From NCBI GenBank assembly GCA_043228905.1, contig JBHGNT010000007.1, positions 14,198,001 to 14,262,000 on the forward strand: a stretch of DNA of 64,000 bases. Reading direction: 5' to 3'. The position numbers and the translations under genes were made by a program. Positions 21,396-34,225 of the stretch are shown here, in pieces (the first letter of the stretch is position 1; each line of letters begins with the position of its first letter). The notes under the pieces were generated by a model that was not told the origin of the DNA, did no database searches, and saw nothing but the letters and a program-made list of their open reading frames with translations. This stretch comes from Azolla caroliniana. Lineage: Eukaryota; Plantae; Polypodiophyta.

Positions 21396-23531
21396 GCCCT
21401 GTCGTTATTTCCAAGGGTGTACCGGTTCCGCTCGTGATTCTTCCGAACGGTCAAAAATTGGATGGAGTGACGGCCGTCCTAACTTTTTACCCTCGCATAG
21501 GCTGAACCATTGTCCAACACTTTCGTCTCCATTCTTGCCGCCGTGATGTATGGTTCGCCGAGGATAACCGGGTGAGAGGACGTCTCTTGCACGAAAAAGT
21601 GTTGGTTTATATCGACGTCTCCGACTCTCACCCTAACGTTCGGGCAAGGTCTATATAGTTCTTCCGTGGCTCTTGTAGCCACCCGTATCTTACACCCGTG
21701 TTTGGTGTTGATCGGCCAATTCCCCTTTTTGTAGAAGTCCATGGACATCAGGTTAATTTCGGACCCGTGGTCGATTAATGATACCACCAGTTCCTTCACG
21801 TCCCCAATACGAACAGGGGTTTTTGTAGTCGCTCTTGCCCAGTGCGGCCTAGTGTAGTGGCTTTCCCCAAGCTCGTCTTCCGCGGCCATCTCGTCGAGGA
21901 GTGTCGTCCTTACTTCAACCGGATTCTCGGGTTCCAGTTCCGTCAAGAGACACTTTCTCTTCACGAGGTCCATGATGTTGTCGTGGAATTCCCTTCTCGC
22001 TATGCCAAGCACTTCCCTAAGCGTGAGTTCTATGCGACTGTCGAGAACTCGCTCCTCTAAACCCTTCTGTAGGTTCGTTGTTTTCTCGATTTCCGAGCTT
22101 AAACGGAAGCTCAGATTCCTGCCCTTCTCCTTGTCCTGGGACCCGGTCGGAGTGGCCTCGTGCCCTTTCGCCATGCTTCAGGTGTCATACCTCCCCGAAG
22201 GGCCCTCTCCCTTGGTTTTCCCCGCTCGCCTTTCGTCGATCAGGGCCTCGTAGTTCCTACATGTGGCCTCCACAAAACCGGTGCTCTCCTCAACAGGGTC
22301 ACTCCAACCGGTAACTTCGCGCACACGCTCTTGCGCGCACTCCACTTCTCCTTTCCACAACCTTCCTCCAGACAAGGTCTCGAGAACAACCGGCCAGAAC
22401 CAAGGGTTTGAATCAGGTTTCTCCGCCCTTTCGCCTACGTGGATGCCAGCCGAAGCCAAGTAGTGGACGGCTTCAACGTGTTGTGTCGCGGCTTCTTCCA
22501 TTAGCCTCTTCATGCCACCTCGTCCGAAATTCGCGTCAAGCAATCTTCGCGTGTTGCTCGCATGTATCCTGCCATTCGAGAGATAGACTACATTACTTCT
22601 GAGCACTTCATCGAGGTCAACGCAATCTCTCCGAGAATGCCCGGTGGCATCACACCATATGCACCTCTGATTGGCCGGCGGTCGTCAGTCGCGCGGCTGA
22701 CCCTCGTCGCTTCGTCGGGCCTGGGCGATCTGGAGGTCGCGCACCATCCTTGTCAGTTCTTCTAGTCTTGTGCCACCTGTAGGCCCCGCGACTACGTTTG
22801 CCGGGGGTAGGCCTAGTTTGGGCCACCTCCTCGTTTCTTCCATTCGGGTTGGTGTCAGCTCGGCTCTGGTTTCAACAACTGGTTTGGCCGGTGAGGACTC
22901 CCTTTCTTTCCAATGTCGGCGTTTGTCAATCCTATTGCATACTTCTTTGACGGTCGCCCAGAAGAGTCGTGAGACCGCGGTTGGTTTCCAGAAGAAGACC
23001 CACGCTTTCCCGGACGTGCGAGTCAAACGACGTAACGAAAAACAGGATTTTGCTCGTTTTGAGCACGGTTCGGTCCAATCTAGAGAGCCACGTAAACCGT
23101 GACTCGAACTCCTAGAGGAGCGCCGAAGCGTTTTGACCCTTGTCAGGGCTGTTGACCCAATCCATAAAGTCCTTTCTCAATAGTCGGAGTGAGTCATCAT
23201 AGTTGTATCTTTCGAGAACTTCCTCCGCGAACTCCGCCCAATCACGGCAGCCCGCTTGTATTTCGGTCATCTCTGTATGGATGTCTAGCGTCACGACCCG
23301 GGGAAACCTTGTCAGTTGTCTATCCTCGGGTATATTCCTCATCTGCATCTCAGATTTGTAGGCCTCTAAGTAACTCATGGCGTCTTTTCCACTGAACCGG
23401 CCTATCTTGTCGACCGTTGCTTCTATGGCCTTGTCGAGGGCACTCGCGCCCTCGCGAGCGCTAACCAGGCGGTCTACCGCCATTGCTTCTACAAGTTCGC
23501 TCCCTCTCATTTTCAGATTCCTTTGCCGCCC

Positions 23532-23549
23532 TTCACGTCGGGTTCCCCA
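23532..23549 (-). promoter_or_regulatory. tRNA-Trp PBS of C (1 mismatch)
   Basis: Reverse complement TGGGGAACCCGACGTGAA, 4 nt from the LTR. Confidence 0.8.
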
Positions 23550-24302
23550 AATATGTCGAGGAAATCCTCGCAGATGTGTAGAAGTTGGATAGAACCACGG
23601 GGGTCTTGAACCAAGGAATCAAGAAGTGAGGAGGTAGAGTATGTGGTTTACGTGAGCCCTGAGACCACGGTTTAAACAGAAAGATTAGCAAAATGAGAGA
23701 GATAGTGTAAGAGGAACATGCGTAGACACAGGCGCAGACAGATATGCTAAGAATAGCTTGCGTTCGGTATATAAGCTTCTATTAATCAATATATGTGTGT
23801 GGTGTTGTGGGTGATTACAACTAGATCAATGCCGGTGTTCGAGCATAGGCTCTACAGTAGTCAGATACAGAGATGAGTGGGCACACAGAAGGTCGATCCC
23901 CTGGCTAGGAGCACTCGGGCGTCTGACGTGAGCAGGGGAAGTGCCTTCCGGTGGCACGTCATAGGACTCCTTGTCTTCTTTTCTCTCTATTTCCCTTTCT
24001 CCTCTCTCTCAAATTGACATCCCCAAAAACAGTCGAGGGTCGCCCCTTTTATAGCACAAGGAGCAACCGTTACAGAGCATTCATGGCCTTATCGCTTTAA
24101 CACCCTAAATTCGCTCTCCTCATAACTCTCCCTACTTAGGCGATGTCTAAATCCCTATTAATGCTTTAACTACCTAGTACACCTCTTTTTTCCTATGCCT
24201 AGCCCTTACACTATCTAATTCACTAGGGGTGTGCACTAGTGCACACCAATGCTCCCGCGCGTTTCACATTCTTTCTACCGATGGCCCGGAATCTTCACGA
24301 CA

Positions 24303-24783
24303 TTGTCTGTCGGCTGCAAAGGAGTTTCAACTCTCATGCTCTGATACAATGTGAAAGTTAGCATGCGGAAACTTTGACAAAACCGGTTTAGCCAGGTAGC
24401 GACAGAGAATAAACACAAGTTCAATGGAAGCTTGAGAGTACTTAGCATACACGGGAGAGACAGAGAGAGAGCAGAACATAAAACTCAATTAAGAAATAAC
24501 AATCCTCTGTCCATAGAATGTGCTCAGAGAGCCCTTTTATACAAGTCCATAAAGGACTGACAAAAGTACTAACAGGTACTTCAATGCTCATACGAGCAAC
24601 TAACACTAACTCCCAAAAATATGCCTACGTACTAGGCTGGATCCGTAGGCCTCTAACGGCCTACCAATTTCAATCCAATCTTGCTCTCTGATCCGGCTCC
24701 TAGTTCCGGATATCATCCGAACACCGATCCGGCTCTTGCTTATTCAGCCGATCCGGATCCCGGTTGAGCTTGCTCGCTCAACA
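24303..24783 (-). mobile_element. 5' end of copia A: 5'UTR, tRNA-iMet PBS (24338-24349, 1 mismatch) and 5' LTR (24350-24783)
   Basis: gctctgatacaa is the reverse complement of TGGTATCAGAGC with one change, next to a TG...CA LTR homologous to the LTRs at 26770 and 29636; separated from the gag start (2652) only by inserted B and C. Confidence 0.8.
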
Positions 24784-27216
24784 GTAAAGTACAATGTCAA
24801 TGATTTGGTCAACCAGTATAAAGCCTGGTTAATGGCGAAGGGATATGTGCAAACCCACGGAATCGACTATGACGAGACCTTCGCTCCGGTAGAGAAGATG
24901 GCAACGGTTCGTGTGGTGATGGTTGTTGTTGTGGCAAGGGGGTGGCATCTTCAACAGATGGATGTGAAAAATGCGTTTCTTCAACGTGGCCTTGAAGAAA
25001 AGGTCAGTATGATCCAACCCCCCGGATTTCAGTCAAAGGTGAACAAATCGGCAGTGTGTCAACTCAAGAAGTCACTTTGCGGTCTGAAGCAAGCCCCCCG
25101 AGTTTGGAATGCGAAAATGATGCACCGGTTGCGTAAGATGGGTTTTGTGGCCTCCAAAATTCGACTCTTCGTTGTTCATCCGGAAAGGTCCAGACAGTCC
25201 GATATGTATACTGCTTTATGTCGATGATCTAGTCATCACCGGACCCGGGCTTGATTAAATCAGCCAAGTGAAGTCCCAACTGTCAGACACATTTGAAATG
25301 AAGGACCTAGGGGACCTTCATTATTTCCTTGGGATTGAGGTGATCCGAACCCCCAACGGCATATTGCTCTCACAATGACAGTACGTGTTAAATATGTTGT
25401 AGAAGTTCAGCATGACTGAATGCTGACCAATCTCCACACCCCTCGACTGGAACCTGAAACTACGTCCCGACTTTGGACCAGCCTACAACGAGAAACGGTT
25501 CTGACAAATAGTAGGAAGCCTTATCTACTTAGCTATCACCCTACCCGACATCAATTATCTGGTCAAAGTGATTAGCCAATTCATGCAGAAACCGACCCTG
25601 GAGCACCTTTAGTGCGCACACGGATACTCCGGTATGTTAGCGGCACTAAAGATCGAGGATTGTTCTACCGACACGGTACAACTGTAGAGCTAGTTGGCTA
25701 TACTAATGTCGACTAGGTAGGAGATGCGATAGATCGTCGATCTACTTCCAGACACATGTTTTCTCCGGGTAGCACGGTTGTTGCATGAAGCAGCAAAAAG
25801 CAGCCAACAGTGGCTCTTTCGAGCACTAAGGCTAAGTATCGGGGCGCTACCATTGCCACCTGTGAAGCCATCTGGCTTTAGCGGTTGCTGCAATAGCTCC
25901 GCATCGAAGTCTTGACTCTGATCCCGATCTACTGCAACAACATGAGCAACATACAACTAGCCATGGACCCCGTGTTCCATGCTCGGACGAAACACATAGA
26001 AGTGCATTATCACTTTGTGCGCGAGTGGGTCCTCAGCGGTGGAGTCGAAGTCCGGTATGTCCAAACGGATCGGCAAGTTGCTGACATCTTCACCAAACCT
26101 CTCAGCCTAGAAAAGTTGTAGCATTTTTCAGAGATGCTTGGTCTTTAGCATGTTGACATTCCGCACTTGAGGGGGAGAAAACAGGTGATGGCACCAGACA
26201 AAGAGCCGGAGAGGCAAGGGGAGACAAGATGAAAAATCAAATTGAGTCAACTGAAGAAGTCGACACATCCGATAAAGTCGGAACAAGCGGGGATGGTGGT
26301 AAAGTTCATAAGGACAAAGCCGACCAGAAGAAGAAGACCACGACACAGACGTGGTCCGATGTCGTGACGGGTCTGAAGATGGAAGACGAGTTGGAGACTA
26401 CCAACTCGGACAAGAGCTAGAACGATTTAGAGACAACCGATTCAATTCAACAATTTGATTCGGATAAGTCGGATCTACTAAAGGCCAAGCAGACGAGGAG
26501 GCAACGGGAGTCGACGTCGATACAGAGGAGATGACGGGTTGACAAGCGCCGAAGTCACAACAGAGAGGGAGCTGAGATGGGCCTGTTGAGCAGACATGCG
26601 CAACCAAGGAGGTCGAGGAGCGCAGAACCCAACGGATCGCTGAAGGCAGAACCCGATCGGACGAGGAGTGCGAGTGAGGTAAGAGGACACCAGAAGGAGC
26701 CGGATGAAAGAACCGGGTGCCACAGACACTAACACCACGATCTGGCCTCAAGTTCAACTTGAGGGGGAATGTCGAGCGAACAAGCTCAACCGGATCCGGA
26801 TCGGCTGAACAAGCCTGATCCGGATCGGTGTCCGGATAAGTATCTAGAACAAATGGACCGGATCGGTATCCAGGACCAAGAGCCGGTCCTCAAATGTGGA
26901 CCAGTAAGCCATTTAGAAGCCTACACTTCTAGACTACTAGGTAGTCATGGTCCTCGTAGATAGTGTCAGTTACACGTTTGAGCATTGAAGTACATAATAC
27001 TTCTGTCAGTCCTTTGTGGACTTTTAAAAAAAGAGCTCATTGAGCACATCCTATGTAAAAAGTGTTATTATTTTTTAATTGAGTTTTTGTTATTCAGCTC
27101 CCTCTATCTCTCCCACTCTCTATCTGTGTCTTGTAAGGTTTCCACTAAACCTTTACTCTTTTTGTTGCTATCCGGTTGAACCGGTTTGTCAAAGCTTCCG
27201 CATATTAACTTTTACA
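24784..27216 (+). mobile_element. 3' part of degenerate copia F (RT, RNase H, 3' extension, 3' LTR 26770-27216)
   Basis: ORFs 24736-25227 (QMDVKNAFL), 25912-26121 (HARTKHIEVHYHF); PPT ttgagggggaa then TG...CA LTR. Confidence 0.9.
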
Positions 27217-28055
27217 ATGTCCGACTCGACCTTATGCCCTTTCGCAAACATAGTGGTGCCTACATCATTAGGTTCAAGGATGAACATTCTTCCATCCTAG
27301 TGCCCTTGCGCGATGATCCGGCCTTCCTCCTCGATGAAGCATCCATTGTGAGTGAACCGGACCTACCTACCTTGATCTACGATCTGACCGACCGACACCA
27401 AGTTCTTGGTGATTGTCGGTACATGCAGGATGTTTCTCATGATTCCCTTCTGCCCGACATGGCTCAAAAGGACATCTCTAATGTGCATGATGGGATGTGG
27501 GGTGTTGTCCCCGGGTTCGACTACCCCCGGCTTTTTCGGCTTCTCGAGAAAGGAGAACCACTCTTTGTGGTTCATCATGTGGTTTGAATCTCTAGAGTCC
27601 ATATACCAAACTTCTTCCGACTTCGAGTCGGATACTCCCATCCGGTTGGCATTATGCTTCATTACGAGGGCTGGTTCCAATCTGGCTCTCTCCGAGCCTC
27701 CAACGAAGTGCGATCGATGACGCCTGTCCACGTCTTTCCGGCTTGATCTGGCTTTGTCCAAATCAGCTCTCTTCTTCCAGCACTCGCTTTCTCTGTGACC
27801 CTTCCGGCCACAGTACCAGCATTCCGTTTCGGCCTTTCCTTGCCGGTTTCCAATTCTGCTTTGATTCCCCCTATTTCCGGAGGGTCCAGAATTGTTGTCG
27901 GCACCATCTTTGTGCCTCCTATTCTACTCTCATCGGCCGCCTGCATTGCACATCGATCCACCTCGACTGCCACCACCACAGGGGTCTCTCTACCTTTGTG
28001 TACAACATCTTGGTGTCGGTGTGCATGCTCATCGACGCACCCACTTGGTTCTCCT
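27217..28055 (-). mobile_element. Copia fragment J (gag end, protease)
   Basis: Minus ORF 27363-27761 (WYMDSRDSNHM...LHVPTITKNLVSVGQ), homologous to A and H. Confidence 0.85.
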
Positions 28056-30047
28056 CTACCTAGGGGACTTTCATTATTTCCTCGGGATCCATACTCCCGA
28101 CGGCATATTGCTCTCACAACAACACTATGTGTTACCGTACAGGATGTACGGGAGATGTAGAGTGTGATGAGCGAGGATCAAATGCTATAATGTTGTTATT
28201 GTGTATGTGTAAATGTGTAAGTGTAATTGTGAGTGTGAGTAGATGTGTATGTGTACACATGCACACGTGTGTGCATGTGGACGGATACGAGGAGGTGTAA
28301 GTGAGTGATTAGTGCGAATGGACAAGGGGTTTTATGACTGATTGCCAACCAGTGTCCACACCCCTAGATGAGAACCTGAAGGTTCGTCCGGACTCCAGAC
28401 CGGCCTACAACGAGAAACTGTTCCGACAAATTGTTAGAAGCCTCATCTATCTTACTATCACCCAACCCGACATCAGCTATCCGGTCGGGATGATAAGTCC
28501 GTTTATGCAAAAGCCGACCGTGGAGCACCTTCAGTTCAGGCACCAAATACTCAGGTATGTTAGCGACACTAAGGACCGGGGACTCTTATACCGACATGGC
28601 ATAACCGAAAAGCTAGTCGGATATACAGATGCCGACTGGGCCAGTGATGCGTCGGATGGACGGTCAACATCCAGATTTATGTTCTCTCTTGGTTGCACAG
28701 ATGTTGCGTGTAGCAACAAGAAGCAGCTGACAATAGCTCTGTTGAGGATTGAGGCTGAGTATCGGGGTGCTACTGTTGCCACTTGTGAAGCCATCTCATT
28801 ACGGCGGTTGCTACAAGACCTCCGGATCGAAGTACCAACTAAGATCAAGATCTACTGCGACAACATAAGTAGCATGCAGCTGGCCAAGAACCATGTGTTC
28901 CATGCTTGGATGAAGCACATAGAAATGCAATATCACTTTGTGCACGAGCGGGTCCTGAGCTGTGAAGTCGAACTTCGGTATGTTCAGCGAAATCGGCAGG
29001 TTGTTGACATCTTCACCAAGGCACTAAGAACAGAGAAGTTATAGCATCTCGACATGCCGCACTTGAGGGGGAGACCTGAAACAGAAACCAGGAAAACAAG
29101 CAAAGGCATCAAACAAGTAGTTGGAGAGAAGGAAACCGAAACAGGTGGAGACAAGAAGAAAGAGGAAGCCGAGTCAACTAAAGAAATCGGCACATCTAAA
29201 CAAGTTGGAACAAGCGACGATGGCGGCAGAGTCAAGAAGGACAGCAAGACCAGGACATGGTTTAATTTGGTGAAGGGCTTTAAGATTGAGGACGAATTGA
29301 AGATAGCCAATTCGGATACAAGCTGGAACGAATCGGAGGAGCCGAATCAACTCAAGCCCAAGTGGACAAGAAGGTTGTGTAAGTCAACACCGACATGGAG
29401 GAACTAATGGGTTGATAAGCGCCAAAGTCACAACAATGAAGGAGCTGAGATGGGCCTGTTGAACAAACAAGCCGACCGAAAAGGTCAAGGAGCACAAAAC
29501 CGGACGGGTCGTGGGAAGCGAGACCGAACGGGACGAGGAGCGCGGGCAAGGTGGGAAGACGTTAGGAGGAGCTAGAGGAAAGGATCGGTAGACACTAACA
29601 CCACGATCCGACCTCAAGTTGAGCTTGAGGGGGGGTGTTGAGTGGACAAGCTCAACTGGATCCGGATCGATATTCAAAACGGAGAACCGGATAGGTATCC
29701 AGATCCAGACCAGCTGAATAAGCCGGACCGGATTGTAATTGGTAGGCCGTTAGAGGCTCACGGTCCTAGCCTAGTATGTAGGCATATTTCTTGGAGTTAG
29801 TGGCAGTCGCTTGTGCGAGCATTGAAGTACATGTCGGTCATTTTATGAACTTGTATAAAAGTGTTCACTGAGCACATTGTATGTACATAGAGTGATATTT
29901 TTGAAATTAAGTTTTGCGGTTCTACTCTCTCTGTCTCTCCCGCTCTCTTTGTGTTCTGTGAAGTTTCCATTATACCTTAGTTCCAGTTTCTGTTGCTATC
30001 CGGTAGAGTCAGGTGTGTCTATGAGTTTCCGCATGCTATTCTTTTCA
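28056..30047 (+). mobile_element. 3' part of degenerate copia G (RT, RNase H, extension, 3' LTR 29636-30047)
   Basis: ORF 28334-29044 (GYTDADWA, YCDNISSM); PPT then tgttgagtgg...ttttca. Confidence 0.9.
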
Positions 30048-30697
30048 ATGAGCAACATCCACCTAGCCCACAACCCAATCTTCCACGCTCGGACCAAGCA
30101 CATTGAGGTGCACTACCACTTCATCTGAGAACGTGATGGTCGGAGATGTTCATCTACAACACATCAACACGAATCTTCAGACGACTGACATCTTCATGAA
30201 GGCCATGGGAGCCGACAAGCTACGACAGTTCACGATGAACCTCAGTCTCTCGATCACCGACCAACCAAGCTTGAGGAGGAGTATGGATAAGGAGCCGTCT
30301 GACACAGAGCAAACACATGAGTAAGCCGGCCATCCAAAGCTGAAGCTGGAGCTGACTCAACGCCGACCCGAAGACCAGTCTGAACCATCTTTTCGGCTAC
30401 TGGAAGTTGTGTTTGAAAGGGCGTGTTGAGAATCAAACTCAACTTCCCTAGTGGGGGAACACACCTTACATACCTTAGTGTGTGAACACTTCACGTCCTA
30501 ATATAGTAACTAGTGTGTCATACAACCTTAAAGTTCAATGGCACATATTTAGCGTAGTTAAGTCTCCACATGTCTTTAGTAAGTGGTGGTTGTAGAAAGA
30601 GAATATAGAGAGATGGTGACTACATAAGCACCTTTCTCCTCCTCCTTGTAACTGTTGGTTGTCTTATTCTTGTTAATACAATTTTCCGGGTTTTTTG

Positions 30698-30699
<2 letters not shown>
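30048..30699 (+). mobile_element. 3' end of copia I (RNase H end, PPT, LTR from 30424, interrupted at its (CT)n)
   Basis: NPIFHARTKHIEVHYHF; purine tract then tgttgagaatc. Confidence 0.75.

Positions 30700-30779
<80 letters not shown>
30700..30779. repeat. (CT)n microsatellite, ~40 units
   Basis: Directly visible. Confidence 0.99.
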
Positions 30780-30781
<2 letters not shown>

Positions 30782-33700
30782 GGAATTGCAATGGATACCC
30801 ATGGAATGTGGGATTCGGCATAGAGGAGTTCGTCGATGACTCAGATATCGCACTTCTTGTTGAAACATGGGAGCATGATACTCAAACGATTCAAGTTTTA
30901 GGAAACTATAATGTACACTCTTTGATATGGGAGAAAAATCCAAGACAAAGAAGAGGACAAGGAGGGGTGGTATGTTTGATTAAGAAGGAAATAGAGAATT
31001 ATGTGTCAATCGTAAAAAATGATGAACATAAATGCTACATATGGCTCAAAATAGAAACACTTAAGGATTTCCCCACTTTGGTCGTTGGATGTTACATTCC
31101 TCATCAGGATTCTAACTTCTATGCTTGTTTGGATAAAGATCAACCTTTTGCAAATCTAGAAGATGATATTGCTTATTTCAAATCCAAAGGGGAAGTTATT
31201 GTCTTTGGTGACATGAATGCTCATACAAAAAGTTTCCAACTTGATTCACAAGAATCTTTCATGTCACATATCTCGAGGATGCAAGAGGATATGCAAATGT
31301 ATAGTCGATCTTCTAGCGAAGAAAAAGATCTGGACCAATTTGGGAAACTACTCCTACAAATGTGCAATTGTACCGGATTGCTTATTGCTAATGGTGTTTC
31401 CTTATGGCCCAATACTAACGGCTTTACATGTACAAAACACAACGGAAATAGTGTGATTGACTATGTGCTACTTTCCGAAGGTATTTTGGATCATATACAT
31501 AAATTCTCATTGGGGGAATGGACACCGGAATCCGATCATAGGAATTTATGTATTGATCTCAAATGTATGCATAGGTTTGATTGCGAGAAGGATATTGAAG
31601 ATAGTAAACAAACATACTTGAGCATGAATCTTAAGCGAGCGCCCATGTATTCCAAGATGGTTGAGGAAATGTTACAAATGACAAAGACACAACATGGTGC
31701 CACACTAGAATGCAAATGGGAAGCTTTTAAGAATGTCATTCTCTCTTTTACAAAAACAAATGTTTTTCGACCAACCGCACATCATGGAAATGCACCAAGA
31801 AATGTAAGAAAAAATGGTTTGATAAAGAATGTCATGAAGCTCGAAACTGCCTTATGGTTTTGGATGTAGTTAAGGATAAAGAAAATTACCAAAAGCATTT
31901 GCATGACTATAAAAGGCTTATTCAAAGAAAGAGATGAATATGGGAAGTTACTCAACAACTTCTCCAAATGCAAGAGAAAGCACATGCATGTGCTAAATTT
32001 TGGGAAAATCTAAAGGGGAAACATGTTGATAGTTATGGTGACTTAACTCTTCATGACTTGTCTATGCATTGTAAGAATTTATATGAGTTATCTCTTGCTG
32101 GAAAGATGATGTGTTATGGTTCTCTTTCACATATGTCTCCCTTCTTTACAATTGAAGAAATATGCATAGGACTTAAGAAATTGGCCTCTTGAAAGGCAAG
32201 CGATCTTCAATGTATAAAAGCTGAAATGCTCATTTGGACGGGAAAGGAAGCACATACTTGGATATGCGATATGTTTAATGATGCATTGCAACATGGTATG
32301 TCATATGATTGGACTACAAATTGGATCAAACCTTTACATAAAGGCGAAGATGTAAATAATGTAAACAACTATCGAACCGTCATGGTTGGCTCATTAATGG
32401 CAAAACTATTTGGATGTATAATGGAATCAAAGATAAGTGTATGGGCAGAAAAAAATGGTAAGAGAGCTTATGGACAAGCTGGTTTTCGAAAACACCATAG
32501 CACCATTGATCATCTTGTCACTCTTTGAGTATTAATGGAGGAAAGTCGCCTTAGAGGTAAAGGTTTATATTGTTGCTTTGTAGACTTCAAGAAAGATTTT
32601 GATATGGTACCTTGTGAGCATCTTTGGAGGCGGATGGAAGAACTTGAGGTGCCAAGTGAATATATGCTTGCAATTTCCCGAATATATGAGAAGGTTATAT
32701 GTTGTGTGCGTATGAGAGATAGACTTTCATATTTTTTCAATAGCACTATTGGTGTTAAGCAAGGATGCCCACTCTCACCAACATTATTTGGTCTATGCAT
32801 TGATGAATTAGAAGAAATGGTTACCAAGTTTATAAAGGAAGAATGTATTGAAGAAGTTGCCATTGGGAATCTTGTGATTATGCTTTTGTTATATGCAGGT
32901 GATGTAGTGCTTTTTGCAAATACTTTAGGAGATGCACAAAAGCTTATGAAGGCATTGGAAAAAATTTGCATGCATACTAGATTAAGTGTCAATAGCTCTA
33001 AAACAAAGATTATGCTTGTGAAGAGTCAAAAAAGAGATAAACCATGCATTATGTACAACAATGAGCCACTTGAATGTGTGGAAAGCTTCAAATATCTTGG
33101 CCTTGAAGTTCCTTCAAATCATAAATGGAATGAATGTGTCACACGCCGCTTAGAGGCCGGTAAGCGAGCATATTATGTATTTGAGAACACATGCAATCTT
33201 GGAGATATTAAGTGTTGGGTCCTCAAGAAATATCTTTTTGACACTTTGGTGACCCCGGTTCTTCTATATGGGGTGGAAGTATGGGGCGGTAGCATCCCTA
33301 AATCTACGTGGAAAGAGTTTGAAAATGTCCAAAAACATTTTCTTACAAAGTTTCCACAAGTTAAGAAACAAACGCCCTACACCCTCCTCCTCCTTGAGAC
33401 GGGATCCCTTCCCATTGAGATCATGGCCATGGAAAGGGTTGTTGAATACATGCTTAAGGTTCAAAAAAGCCCCTCACATCGACTTCCTAGAATTGCATGG
33501 GAAGCAAGCAAAAAGATCCAAAAGACGTATAAAAACAAAATTTTGTGTTCGGGTTGGATGCAAGATTTAGAAAATGGTTTGGTAGATGGGATGCAAGACA
33601 CTTGCTTCATGATGCGTCACTACATTCCTCTGTAAATGAGGCCTTTTTGCAATGCCAATGTATCATGACATGGGACAAATGTGGTGGCTCACGCTTCACA

Positions 33701-34170
33701 CATTATACTACAAATGTTGCACCTAACTACAAAACCATATTCTTCACGGAACGGGGAAGCCATACACATCGATACATGTTAGAGCTCATCCCGATATCTA
33801 CCATTCAAACCATTGCTTCCATGCGACTTAGCTCGCACGCATTGAGATGTGAGACGGGGCGTTGGGGCACAAGTGATGAGAGTGGCCGACTATGCACACT
33901 TTGCCCTAAACAAGTTCGAGAGTCTGAGTATCACACTTTGATACATTGCTCTGCCTTTGATTATATTCGACCATGCTTTCCACATCGCTTCAATCGAGCC
34001 CGATCCTTGTAAAATTTTCTCTCACAAACATGATGTGCACTCTCGATTGCAACATTCATTGGTAATGTTCTTGAACATCGAGAGTCGCTACTCACCTTCA
34101 CACGTATCATGTGATATGTAATATTTTTGGTCTCATAGGTCATATTTGACCTCCGAAGATGATAATATAA
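30778..34170 (+). mobile_element. Non-LTR retrotransposon (APE endonuclease, RT, C-terminal CCHC), RTE/RTEX-like, 5' truncated and frameshifted
   Basis: SWNCNG, ETW, GDMNAH, IDY, SDH (APE); QAGFR, GVKQGCPLSPTLF, LLYAGD (RT); CTLC...HTLIHC; ends gataatataa followed by (TCTA)n(CT)n. Clade assignment is tentative. Confidence 0.88.
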
Positions 34171-34190
34171 TCTATCTATCTATCTATCTA

Positions 34191-34220
<30 letters not shown>
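34171..34220. repeat. (TCTA)n-(CT)n tract between the 3' ends of the two LINEs
   Basis: Directly visible. Confidence 0.95.

Positions 34221-34225
<5 letters not shown>

Larger units (their letters stand above)
17184..24302 (-). mobile_element. Ty3/gypsy element C, full length, degenerate, same lineage as B and E
   Basis: LTRs 17184-17923 and 23554-24302; minus ORFs gag 23112-23510 and 22178-22606, PR 21479-22174 (LIDHGSEIN), RT-RH-IN 18513-20354, GPY 17973-18392. Confidence 0.93.

Noticed and set aside
30576-30943. Poly-ER and poly-SL ORFs (also 50886-51136, 55901-56104, 59926-60135)
   Set aside because: Translations of (CT)n microsatellites
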